This document shows, one piece after another, positions 1 through 9,049 of a DNA stretch of 64,000 nucleotides (the stretch's first letter is position 1; every line of letters starts with the position of its first letter). The stretch comes from Bacteroidota bacterium (GTDB taxonomy: Bacteria > Bacteroidota > Bacteroidia > JACPRZ01), in NCBI GenBank assembly GCA_016193485.1, contig JACPRZ010000012.1:33109-97108 (forward strand). The letters run 5' to 3'. The notes below the pieces were generated by a model. The model was not told the origin of the DNA, searched no databases, and saw only the letters and a program-made list of their open reading frames with translations. Both the position numbers and the translations under genes were made by a program.

Positions 1-1156
1 ATAGTGAATCGGGATAATCGCTGGAACAAAATTTCATACTATTATACGCTGACTTTTCAACTAATTCAAGCAGCAAGCCATTATTTGAAAGTGGATATGC
101 ATACCACCCAGAAACAAAGTCAGTGATGTCAATATCTGGATAATCCTGATCCGGATAATCAGATTGTTCCAGATAAACAGCATTTGAATATGTATATGAT
201 GGTAGGTTATTCCATGTTACCGTATTTTCATTCCATGAAGTAATGACCTTTGACAATAAACAAGCATTGTTACCCGCTTGTCCGGCAGAAGTTGATATAG
301 GGTTATAAAAAAGGGATAGTTTAGCTTCAACTATTACCACATCGGCTGGTAATGAAGATAAATCAAATTGCATTAGGGAATAACCCAATCCTTCAACGCT
401 TGAAAAAGTCCAGTCATAAGAAATGAAATCTTCATGAGTTCCATAATTTACATCCGGATTTAATTCGTTTATAAATGCATCTTTTCCGGTAACAGGACCG
501 GGTTGAAAAATACTACAGGTATCAACATTTGATACTTCATAGTAAGTAATAACTAATTTTGGCCATTTCAATGAGTCAGGATAATCGCTTGAACAGAATT
601 TTAAACTATTATATGGCGATTTATCAATCAATTCCAACAGTAAACCGTAATTGGTTAAAGGTGCTGCATACCAGTCCGTGACGATATCAATAATATCAAT
701 TCCTAAATAATCCTGGTCACTTGAAGAGGATTTTTCAAGGTAAATTGCCCCTGAATATGTTGAAGATGGCATTGAATTCCATGTTACCGCATTTTCAGTC
801 CATGAAGAAGCAACTTTTTTCAATAAACAGGCGTTGTTACCAGTTTGTCCTCCGGAAGTTGAAGTGGGATTATAAAAAAGGGAAAGTTTTGCTTCAGTAA
901 TTACCACACCTGCAGGTAATGAAGATAAGTCAAATTGAAGTAAAGAATAACCCAATCCTTCAACGCTTGAAAAAGTCCAATCGTAAGAGATGAAATCTTC
1001 GTGTGTTGCATAATTAACATTTGGACTTAATGCATTTATAAATGCATCCTTTCCGGTTGCAGGACCCGGTTGAATGGTTAAAGTTTGTTGAGAGAAAGAA
1101 TAAAAATAATAAGAAGAAAAAAGTGCTGCAAAAAAAAGAAAGAAAAGGTTTTTCAT
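1..1156 (-). CDS. Secreted protein with tandem DNRLRE/CBM96-like domains (3' end runs off the window)
   Basis: Not in the ORF track; translated by hand from ATG 1156: MKNLFFFFFAALFSSYYFYSFSQQTLTIQPGPATGKDAFINALSPNVNY...LLQFDLSSLPAGVVITEAKLSLF...WTENAVTWN...PKLVITY, then a second copy starting QPGPVTGKDAFINELNP. Signal peptide; repeat period 567 nt. Confidence 0.8.
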   Translation of the reverse strand, partial: MKNLFFLFFAALFSSYYFYSFSQQTLTIQPGPATGKDAFINALSPNVNYATHEDFISYDWTFSSVEGLGYSLLQFDLSSLPAGVVITEAKLSLFYNPTSTSGGQTGNNACLLKKVASSWTENAVTWNSMPSSTYSGAIYLEKSSSSDQDYLGIDIIDIVTDWYAAPLTNYGLLLELIDKSPYNSLKFCSSDYPDSLKWPKLVITYYEVSNVDTCSIFQPGPVTGKDAFINELNPDVNYGTHEDFISYDWTFSSVEGLGYSLMQFDLSSLPADVVIVEAKLSLFYNPISTSAGQAGNNACLLSKVITSWNENTVTWNNLPSYTYSNAVYLEQSDYPDQDYPDIDITDFVSGWYAYPLSNNGLLLELVEKSAYNSMKFCSSDYPDSL

Positions 1157-1196
1157 AAAATAAATAGTTAAGGGGTAAAAAATACAAAAAAAACCC

Positions 1197-2588
1197 TCAT
1201 AACACCCTCACTAATTCCTCAAGGCGCATGGCGCGTGAACCTTTAAGTAAAATTACAGTGTGGTCAAGGGGTTTCTTCCTGAAATAGGCGATAACTTCCG
1301 CTGTAGTAGCGAACAGAACAAGCCGGTTATCTTTTATTTCGCTTTCTGCCATGGCCGATTGAAAAATTTTACCTGTAAGATAAATCTTCCGGAAACCGGA
1401 TTGGAGACATAATTTTATTATTTTGATATGCTCATCTATTTCATATTCCCCCAACTCCCTCATCTCTCCCAATATGGCTGTCTTATTGGTCATGCCTCTC
1501 TTCTGGAATGAAAAAAAACTCTCAAGCATTGATTTCATGCTGTCGGGGTTTGCATTGTATGCGTCAAGTATCAGCGTGTTTTTTCTTTTTGTTTTCCTTA
1601 TTTCTGAACGGTTATCATCCGGAATAAAGGACTCAACCGCTTCCCTTATCTGTTCCGGCTGAATACCGAAATATTTACCGATACATATTGCCGCAAGAAT
1701 ATTTTGGAAATTATGTTTCCCGAAAAAATGAGTTGTGATTCCGATCCCCGTATATTTTAGTTTGACAAATGGAAAATTATCTGCAAATTCAGCAATGCAA
1801 AAAATATTTTTTTTATACCAATACTTTGATTTAGGAAATTTGCCTGAACCGTCAACCGCATGTATATCCCGGCTAAATTCATTTTTATCAGGTTTCTTCG
1901 GGATAAAACCATAGGTTATTTTATCCATACCTTTCGCCATATCGTTCAGAACGGGATCGTAATAGTCGATAAAAATTTTTCCACTTTTTTTGCGGATGAA
2001 TTCATATAAAGCCCCCTTTTCGGTTTTTACTCCTTCATGTCCCCCAAGTAAACCTGCATGAGCCGTGCCGATATTGGTTATGAGTCCGTAGTTTGGTTCT
2101 GCAATTTTACAGAGTTTGCGTATTTCGCCCTGATGATTGGTTCCCATTTCAATAACGGCAATCTCATGTCTTTTTTTCAGGGATAAAAGGGTAAGCGGCA
2201 CACCAATATGATTGTTCAGGTTACCACGCGTGCTTAGTGTCCGGAATTGTTTTGATAATACCCGTGCCGCAAGTTCTTTGGTCGTTGTTTTTCCGTTTGA
2301 ACCGGTAATGGCGATTACAGGGATATTAAATCTCCTTCGGTGAAACCGGGCAAGTTCCTGGAGAGTGTGAAGAGCGTTTTCGACAAGGATATAACGGTCA
2401 TCTTTTTTACAGAGTGGGTTGTCAATTACGGCATAGGTGCATCCTTTTTCAAGCGCACCGGATGCAAATTGATTACCGTCCTGTTTATCTCTGAGTGCAA
2501 AAAAAATGTCGCCTCCCTTCACGACCCTTGAATCAGTAGTTACGCCAGTTGATTTGAGAAAAAGATCGTAAAGTTCAATTATGTTCAT
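1197..2588 (-). CDS. murF: UDP-N-acetylmuramoyl-tripeptide--D-alanyl-D-alanine ligase
   Basis: TTDSR, ITGSNGKTTTKE P-loop, GNLNNHIGVP, EMG, DAYNANPDSM and LLKGSR motifs. Confidence 0.95.
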   Translation of the reverse strand: MNIIELYDLFLKSTGVTTDSRVVKGGDIFFALRDKQDGNQFASGALEKGCTYAVIDNPLCKKDDRYILVENALHTLQELARFHRRRFNIPVIAITGSNGKTTTKELAARVLSKQFRTLSTRGNLNNHIGVPLTLLSLKKRHEIAVIEMGTNHQGEIRKLCKIAEPNYGLITNIGTAHAGLLGGHEGVKTEKGALYEFIRKKSGKIFIDYYDPVLNDMAKGMDKITYGFIPKKPDKNEFSRDIHAVDGSGKFPKSKYWYKKNIFCIAEFADNFPFVKLKYTGIGITTHFFGKHNFQNILAAICIGKYFGIQPEQIREAVESFIPDDNRSEIRKTKRKNTLILDAYNANPDSMKSMLESFFSFQKRGMTNKTAILGEMRELGEYEIDEHIKIIKLCLQSGFRKIYLTGKIFQSAMAESEIKDNRLVLFATTAEVIAYFRKKPLDHTVILLKGSRAMRLEELVRVL

Positions 2589-2612
2589 TGTCTTAATTCG
2601 TTCACCGGTTCC

Positions 2613-2656
2613 AAAAATAAAAAATCCCCATCCGCAACGGGCGAATGGGGATTTTT
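2613..2656 (-). terminator. Intrinsic terminator downstream of gldJ
   Basis: Minus strand reads AAAAATCCCCAT-TCGCCCGTTGCGG-ATGGGGATTTTT followed by TATTTTT, about 15 nt after the gldJ stop. Confidence 0.75.
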
Positions 2657-2671
2657 CGGCATATGCTTATT

Positions 2672-4159
2672 TTACTTTGACAATCCGGTCGGGCTTCCTA
2701 CCCGCGCCATAGCGCACCTGAATCCAATCCATGCCGTCTCCTGGTCTTCATCAAGGAACCGCCTGGTGCCGGGACCCATCCAGTAAGCCCTGTCCTTCCA
2801 TGAGCCGCCTTTATATACCCTTGACCTGTTATCGATCATGGAAGTAATGCTGGCCGCTTCACCTTTGTTCTGGTACATCATTTTTGATTGCACATCCAGT
2901 TCGTTTGTGGTATCGGCAGGACTCATAAAATCGACAGTTGACATCTGGTCACCGTCAAGGAAATTTATATTGTCGGCTTTTTTATAGTTGCGCCTGTCGA
3001 GATTTTCTTCTTCGGTAACATCCCTCCATCGTATCCGGCCGAGAGAGTCCTTTTCGGCAATGGCTCCTTCCTCATCACGTACCTGGGTCTGGTAAACATT
3101 TCCTCTGAAAGGCCGGAATCCGCTTTGATCTTCAAAACTCAAAGGCCTGTAAATATCCATCACCCATTCACTCACATTGCCGGCCATATTGTAAAGGCCG
3201 TAATCGTTAGGCCAGTAAGCGAAAATAGGAGCCGTAACATCGGCATTATCGTTCAGCCGTCCCGCCACACCCATCATATCTCCCCTGCCGCGTTGGAAAT
3301 TAGCCATCATATTACCCATGTATTTTGGATCAGGATTCCTTACAAAGTGTCCATTCCATGGAAAAATCCTTCGTTCCACTACCCTTTCAAAAAAAGTGTT
3401 TCCAATCAGCCCAAGTGCGGAAAATTCCCACTCTGCTTCGGTAGGCAGCCGGTATCTCGGCAGGAGAATCCCGTCTTCCATCCTTACTTTACGGGTATCC
3501 TTATTGGGATCAAGATCAGGAAGATCCTGTATCAATGCTCCTTCATACTGCCCCGACAGATAAGCATCGGTCTGGTAGTTGTCATCGGCTGTCTGGTTCG
3601 GATTAACTGCCAGAATGCCTTCCCGGATCAGAATAAATTCATTCACCCTGTCGGTGCGCCATACACAAAAGTCCCTCGCCTGTATCCAGTTAACACCTAC
3701 AACAGGATAGTATGCATAAGCAGGGTGGCGGAGATAGTGTTCAACATAGGGTTCATTCCATGCCAGTTTGGTTCTCCAGACAAGGGTATCGGGCAATGCT
3801 TTTTTATAAACTTCGGGATAATCGGTACCGTAAACACGGCTGAGCCAGTAGAGATATTCCCGGTAGTGCAGGTTTGCAACTTCGGTTTCATCCATATAAA
3901 AGGAAGAGACGGTAACCTGCCGCGGTATATTCGCCCAATCATAGGTGACATCCTGTTCAACTCGTCCCATCATAAAGGTACCGCCTTCAATCAGCACAAG
4001 TCCCGGACCGGTTTCCTGCTCTTCATAAGGAGTGACCTCGAAACCGCCATTGGCTTCATTATTATATTCCCAGCCGGTGGTCTGCGAAACTTCCTTGCCA
4101 CAGGAAAATAAGAGCACTCCGGCAAGAACCGGAAGATAAGCGCGAAAATTATTCTTCAT
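2672..4159 (-). CDS. gldJ: Gliding motility lipoprotein GldJ (FGE-sulfatase fold)
   Basis: Lipobox LLFSC; TTGWEYN, GPGLVLIEGGTFMMG, FYMDETEV, YPVVGVNW, RLPTEAEWE, MAGNVSEW, GFRCAM; adjacent to murF. Start moved to ATG 4159. Confidence 0.9.
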   Translation of the reverse strand: MKNNFRAYLPVLAGVLLFSCGKEVSQTTGWEYNNEANGGFEVTPYEEQETGPGLVLIEGGTFMMGRVEQDVTYDWANIPRQVTVSSFYMDETEVANLHYREYLYWLSRVYGTDYPEVYKKALPDTLVWRTKLAWNEPYVEHYLRHPAYAYYPVVGVNWIQARDFCVWRTDRVNEFILIREGILAVNPNQTADDNYQTDAYLSGQYEGALIQDLPDLDPNKDTRKVRMEDGILLPRYRLPTEAEWEFSALGLIGNTFFERVVERRIFPWNGHFVRNPDPKYMGNMMANFQRGRGDMMGVAGRLNDNADVTAPIFAYWPNDYGLYNMAGNVSEWVMDIYRPLSFEDQSGFRPFRGNVYQTQVRDEEGAIAEKDSLGRIRWRDVTEEENLDRRNYKKADNINFLDGDQMSTVDFMSPADTTNELDVQSKMMYQNKGEAASITSMIDNRSRVYKGGSWKDRAYWMGPGTRRFLDEDQETAWIGFRCAMARVGSPTGLSK

Positions 4160-4283
4160 CTGTATAAAATTTAATTCGGACAGTGTTAAACGGATTATTT
4201 TAAAAAAGGTTACAAAGTTCCGCACATAAGTTTTAATTTACATAACTTAGCTCACATGAATACCGAATAAATTATGTGCGGTG

Positions 4284-4291
4284 CAAAGGTA
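4284..4291 (-). promoter_or_regulatory. Bacteroidota -7 promoter box upstream of gldJ
   Basis: TACCTTTG matches TAnnTTTG. Confidence 0.5.
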
Positions 4292-4330
4292 ACCATATTT
4301 CCCCACAGGTTGCCATCGGCCGGTTGCACA

Positions 4331-5296
4331 TCAGAACGAAGGGCAGCTTATCGGCCTGAATTTCCGTGTTTTGGGTTTACATTCAAACTGTATCTGGAAC
4401 GATATTTCATGTGAGCCGGAAGTGGCGTTAGCAAGTTTTGAGAGGGTCACATCATAACTGTAGCCGATTTTTACCATTTCATATTGGAATCCCAGGAGGG
4501 CGATAAACGAATCGGATGTCTTTTGCGCCTGCCGGAACCACACCCCGCCCACTATTGGACCGCGTGAGACGTATAACCCAAGGAGTGTTTGCCAGAAATC
4601 CTGTTGCCTCTTGAAAAGGATATTGGGTGAAATTTTTGTTTCGCCCGATTCATCAATGGGAAAAACCCCTCCGAAGTGGCCGGTCATTTTTAATGGTAAG
4701 CGGTAGGTTGTACTTGTCACAAATCCCTCATAGGGTTGGGTAATGTGATGTGCGGCAAAACCACCGAATAATGTTTTACTGAAGCCGAGGATACCGGCAG
4801 AAAAGTCAACAGAACCCCTTGAATCAATCCCCTTTGTTTCTTTCGTATCATAAATAAATCCGTATCTCTTATCTATCATATCGCCAAAAGTGAGTTTATT
4901 CCAGTCGAGTGTTTTATAAATATAGGATGCCTGTAATGCCGCCTGGATTGAAAATGCGCGGCTCACATTTAACCGGTAGGAATAAATTCCACCCAGGTAT
5001 GTAGTGTTAATGGTTCCTTCACCGGCATTATCATGAGTTACAATTAAACCAAGTCCACCAGATAATACGTCTACATACTGGTCGAATGAACCGTTATAGG
5101 TCACGAATGTACCTGATATTGCAGGCCATTCATCGCGCCAATTGACGATCATCCGCGGGCAACGCGGGGTTCCCGTAAAAGCAGGATTCAGATAGAGCGG
5201 GTTGGCGTAAAACTGGGTGAATTGCGGATCCTGCCCGAATGAATTCAAAGCAGGCATCGCCATTATAGCGGTAATGAAACAGAGTTTGCTATTCAT
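4331..5296 (-). CDS. Type IX secretion system membrane protein, PorP/SprF family
   Basis: QDPQFTQFYANPLYLNPAFTG N-terminus and GYSYD...GSHEIS C-terminus. Start taken at ATG 5296. Confidence 0.9.
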   Translation of the reverse strand: MNSKLCFITAIMAMPALNSFGQDPQFTQFYANPLYLNPAFTGTPRCPRMIVNWRDEWPAISGTFVTYNGSFDQYVDVLSGGLGLIVTHDNAGEGTINTTYLGGIYSYRLNVSRAFSIQAALQASYIYKTLDWNKLTFGDMIDKRYGFIYDTKETKGIDSRGSVDFSAGILGFSKTLFGGFAAHHITQPYEGFVTSTTYRLPLKMTGHFGGVFPIDESGETKISPNILFKRQQDFWQTLLGLYVSRGPIVGGVWFRQAQKTSDSFIALLGFQYEMVKIGYSYDVTLSKLANATSGSHEISFQIQFECKPKTRKFRPISCPSF

Positions 5297-5428
5297 AAGA
5301 ACGGAATTTTTGGGTTTCGTGCTTACGTTAATTGAAAATAAAGATTTCAAATTTTCAGTAAATATACGAAATATTTCCTAATGCACAACCGGATGTAAGT
5401 TTTTTCGTTATTTTGTGCCTTCTTTACC

Positions 5429-7267
5429 ATGTGCGGAATTATCGGATATATAGGACCAAGGCAGGCATATCCTGTCCTGCTTAAAGGATTGAAGCGGCTT
5501 GAATACAGGGGTTACGACAGTGCCGGAATTGCGGTATTGGACAGGGAACTCAGGATATTCAAATGCAGGGGAAAGGTGTCGGATCTTGAGAACCACATAA
5601 ATGGTGTGCCGGTGACGGGCACCATTGGCATAGGTCATACGCGGTGGGCCACTCATGGTGAACCCAATGATGTTAACGCCCATCCTCATTTTTCAGGATC
5701 AGGAAATATTGCTATTATTCATAACGGCATTTTTGAAAATTATAATTCACTGAAAAAGGAACTTCTGAAGCGCAATCATTCTTTTACAAGCGATACCGAC
5801 ACTGAAGTTCTTGCCCATCTTATTGAAGATATACGCCAGCATGAAAAAACCGATCTTTTTGAAGCGGTAAGAATAGCCCTTAATGAAATCATTGGCGCTT
5901 ATGCTATCGTGGTTTTGTCAAAAGACCATCCGGATACCCTTATCGCGGCAAAAAAAAGCAGCCCTCTTGTAATAGGTATAGGCAAGGATGAATTTTTCCT
6001 GGCATCCGATCCAACTCCGATCGTTGAATATACCCGCAATGTGGTTTACCTCGAAGATGATGAAATTGCCATTCTGCAGCGGAACCAGGAAATTAAAATC
6101 AGGACCATAAAGAACCGGGAAAAAACCCCGTACATTCAGGAACTTGAACTTAACCTTGAATTGCTTGAAAAAGGGGGGTTCCAGCACTTCATGCTCAAGG
6201 AGATTTATGAGCAGCCGCGCTCCATACGCGACAGCATGAGAGGGCGCATTGACGCATCAAAAGGAATTGTATCACTGGGCGGTATCAAGGAATATGAACG
6301 GAAACTGATTAATGCAAAGCGCATCATTATTGCCGCATGCGGGACATCATGGCATGCCGGGTTGGTTGGAGAGTACCTTTTTGAAGACCTTGCCCGGATA
6401 CCTGTTGAAGTTGAATATGCTTCCGAATTCCGCTACCGTAATCCGGTGCTTTCCGAGACCGACATTGTAATTGCCATTTCACAATCAGGTGAAACGGCCG
6501 ATACGCTTGCCGCGGTGGAACTGGCAAAAGCAAAAGGCGCCACTATTATCGGTATATGCAACGTAGTCGGATCTTCAATTGCCCGCGCAACGAATGCCGG
6601 TTCCTATACTCATGCCGGACCTGAAATTGGCGTAGCATCTACAAAAGCATTTACCGCCCAGATCACGGTGCTGACTTTGATGGCATTGCTGGCTGCAAAT
6701 AAGCGGGGCACTCTTCCGCAATCTAGATTCAGACAATTGCTTGTTGAACTTGAATCAATACCCGATAAGGTAAATGAAGTTCTGGGAACCGACAAACAGG
6801 TGAAAAAAATCGCCCGGATTTTTCAAAATACAAAAAATTTTCTCTACCTGGGCAGAGGGTACAACTTCCCGGTGGCTCTTGAAGGAGCGCTCAAACTGAA
6901 AGAAATTTCATACATTCATGCAGAAGGTTATCCGGCAGCAGAAATGAAGCATGGTCCGATTGCACTTATTGATGATGAAATGCCTGTGGTTTTTATTGCC
7001 ACTAAGAAGGGTGCGTATGAAAAAATTATCAGCAACATTGAAGAGGTTAAGGCGCGGAAAGGTAAAGTAATATCCATTATTACGGCAGGAGATACCGATG
7101 TAAAAAAACTATCCGATTATAGTATTGAGATACCCGATGTGGATGAAGCCCTCGTGCCGATATTATCTGTCATCCCGCTTCAACTTCTTTCATACCATAT
7201 TGCCGTGATGAGGGGCTGCGATGTTGATCAGCCGAGGAATCTTGCCAAGAGCGTTACGGTGGAATGA
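5429..7267 (+). CDS. glmS: Glutamine--fructose-6-phosphate aminotransferase
   Basis: MCGIIG, EYRGYDSAG, GHTRWATHG, SQSGETADT and PRNLAKSVTVE. Confidence 0.98.
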   Translation: MCGIIGYIGPRQAYPVLLKGLKRLEYRGYDSAGIAVLDRELRIFKCRGKVSDLENHINGVPVTGTIGIGHTRWATHGEPNDVNAHPHFSGSGNIAIIHNGIFENYNSLKKELLKRNHSFTSDTDTEVLAHLIEDIRQHEKTDLFEAVRIALNEIIGAYAIVVLSKDHPDTLIAAKKSSPLVIGIGKDEFFLASDPTPIVEYTRNVVYLEDDEIAILQRNQEIKIRTIKNREKTPYIQELELNLELLEKGGFQHFMLKEIYEQPRSIRDSMRGRIDASKGIVSLGGIKEYERKLINAKRIIIAACGTSWHAGLVGEYLFEDLARIPVEVEYASEFRYRNPVLSETDIVIAISQSGETADTLAAVELAKAKGATIIGICNVVGSSIARATNAGSYTHAGPEIGVASTKAFTAQITVLTLMALLAANKRGTLPQSRFRQLLVELESIPDKVNEVLGTDKQVKKIARIFQNTKNFLYLGRGYNFPVALEGALKLKEISYIHAEGYPAAEMKHGPIALIDDEMPVVFIATKKGAYEKIISNIEEVKARKGKVISIITAGDTDVKKLSDYSIEIPDVDEALVPILSVIPLQLLSYHIAVMRGCDVDQPRNLAKSVTVE

Positions 7268-7283
7268 TAACCCGTGGGATCGC

Positions 7284-8279
7284 TTACCTATCATGTTCAT
7301 CCTCAATTTCCCCGAAAATCTCTTCCATAATATCTTCCATAGTTACAATCCCGCTAACTTCCCCCTGTTCTTTTTTTACGAGGGCAATGGATTTTCTCTC
7401 TCTTATGAGGGCAGTAAGCGCATCTTTGGCAGGCATATTTTCACCGAATTCCGGCAACGGCAGAAGCACCGATCTGACTGTTTCGGGATTCCGGAACATT
7501 TCATAAGAATGAATATAGCCGATAATATCGGATTGATTTTTTTCATATACAGGAATGCGCGAATATCCCGTATCGGTGAAGGTACCCAACAGATTTTCAA
7601 CCGGTTCATCGGCTTCAACAGAGGCAATACCGGTTACAGGGACCATGCACTTTTTTAACCTGACATCTGAAAATGCAAGTGCATTGTGAAGAATCCGCAC
7701 TTCGGAATCAATTTCTTTATCTTTTCTTTTTTCGAGGAATTCCTTTAAATAATGGTCAAGGTCAATTCTCCCGATTACGGGCTTTGCTTCCTCAAACTTC
7801 AGGTTCAGAAGCGATTTCAGAATAAACCGGCTCAGGAATAATATCGAATAAACCACCGGATAAAGAGCAATATATATCATGATTGCCGGAAATACGAGAG
7901 CGCTCAGTATCCGGTCAGGGTTAATCAGGAAAAGGGCTTTTGGAATAAATTCTGCCGCCAGGAGTACAAAAATTGTAGAGATAATGGTTTTTACAGTCAG
8001 AAGAACAAATGGTGAATCAAAGTAACTGCCGATGAAACCGTCCAGCAGTTCAGCCATTGCAATACCATAAGCGACAAGGGTGATATTATTGCCGACAAGA
8101 ACAGTGCCTATAAAATAAGAGGGGTTTCGGAAAAACAGCATTACGATTTTGGCTGAAATTCTTCCCTGCCTTGATTGCAGTTCAAAGCGAATTTTATTAG
8201 CGGACAGGTAGGCGATTTCAAGTCCGGAAAAAAATGCCGAAAATATCAGTGAGATAATTATGACAAGGGTAATTATCAT
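7284..8279 (-). CDS. CNNM/DUF21 + CBS hemolysin-family protein, apparently lacking the C-terminal CorC domain
   Basis: SAFFSGLEIA, LVGNNI, AEFIPK, GYSRIPVY, GIVTMEDIMEEIFGEIEDEHD followed almost at once by the stop. Confidence 0.85.
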   Translation of the reverse strand: MIITLVIIISLIFSAFFSGLEIAYLSANKIRFELQSRQGRISAKIVMLFFRNPSYFIGTVLVGNNITLVAYGIAMAELLDGFIGSYFDSPFVLLTVKTIISTIFVLLAAEFIPKALFLINPDRILSALVFPAIMIYIALYPVVYSILFLSRFILKSLLNLKFEEAKPVIGRIDLDHYLKEFLEKRKDKEIDSEVRILHNALAFSDVRLKKCMVPVTGIASVEADEPVENLLGTFTDTGYSRIPVYEKNQSDIIGYIHSYEMFRNPETVRSVLLPLPEFGENMPAKDALTALIRERKSIALVKKEQGEVSGIVTMEDIMEEIFGEIEDEHDR

Positions 8280-8298
8280 TAAAAATGAGAATTAACTT

Positions 8299-8859
8299 TT
8301 ATTTAATGCCGTTATCCGGATCTTCCAACCGAATCGTGCCTTTAATATTTTTTACTTTGAACCTGGTGAAATCCTCATTCGCTTCCATGCCGTATCCCAT
8401 AATGATTTCATCGGCAGTGGTGATTTTTACAAATTCATTCGTGTAAATGATCTTTTTTGCTTCATCCCATAAAAGGTGTTCGGTATTGAGTTTCTCACCT
8501 TTGCGGTTGATAACAATAACATTACCTCTTACCTCCATCAGGTTTTTTTTCTCAAAGCGGATGGCATAATTAGCCGAAAGCCAGGAATCCACCGTCAGCC
8601 GGTCGTTGTAAAAAATCAGATGAACACCCTTGGGTAATTCATTATAAGGTTCTTCACCCGCAAAGCGTAATAATTCGGGTGCGGTAAGTTTAATGCGTAA
8701 GATCCCTGAATCGGTATAAAGAAATTCGACATCGGTTGCGGTTTCTGAAGGAAATTTTTGTTGTTCCGTTACCGCAGTAACCTTCTGCAGATCATTTTTA
8801 CAGGAGAATAATAATAAGACATTACAATAACAAAATAGGAGAGGAATATTCAGATACAT
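8299..8859 (-). CDS. lptC: LPS export periplasmic protein LptC
   Basis: Lipobox LFSC; YTDSG, PKG, RGNV, LNTEHLLWD and G-GMEANEDF are typical of Bacteroidota LptC; usual neighbourhood. Confidence 0.8.
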   Translation of the reverse strand: MYLNIPLLFCYCNVLLLFSCKNDLQKVTAVTEQQKFPSETATDVEFLYTDSGILRIKLTAPELLRFAGEEPYNELPKGVHLIFYNDRLTVDSWLSANYAIRFEKKNLMEVRGNVIVINRKGEKLNTEHLLWDEAKKIIYTNEFVKITTADEIIMGYGMEANEDFTRFKVKNIKGTIRLEDPDNGIK

Positions 8860-8948
8860 CTGGCTTAAACAATGAATTGAAATTTAAGGGAATTTTTTTG
8901 TTACTATTCACCCCAAATTACAAATTATTATTGGTCATTGCAATTTAA

Positions 8949-9033
8949 CTCTGTGTAACTCAGTGTACTCTGTGCTCTCTGTGTTGAAGAATTTTTAACA
9001 CAGAGTTCACTGAGATAACAGAGTTTCACAGAG
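8949..9033. repeat. Intergenic inverted repeat built from CTCTGTG/CACAGAG units
   Basis: Four CTC(T/A)GTG units followed by four CAC(A/T)GAG-like units. Confidence 0.75.
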
Positions 9034-9049
9034 GGGGTTTTCCGGATGA

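Noticed and set aside
3125..4111. 328-aa plus-strand ORF
   Set aside because: Antisense shadow of gldJ with no recognisable motif.
2672..4159. gldK call, suggested by the adjacent PorP/SprF gene
   Set aside because: The N-terminal TGW...GPGLV pattern, murF adjacency and absence of gldL/M/N favour gldJ.
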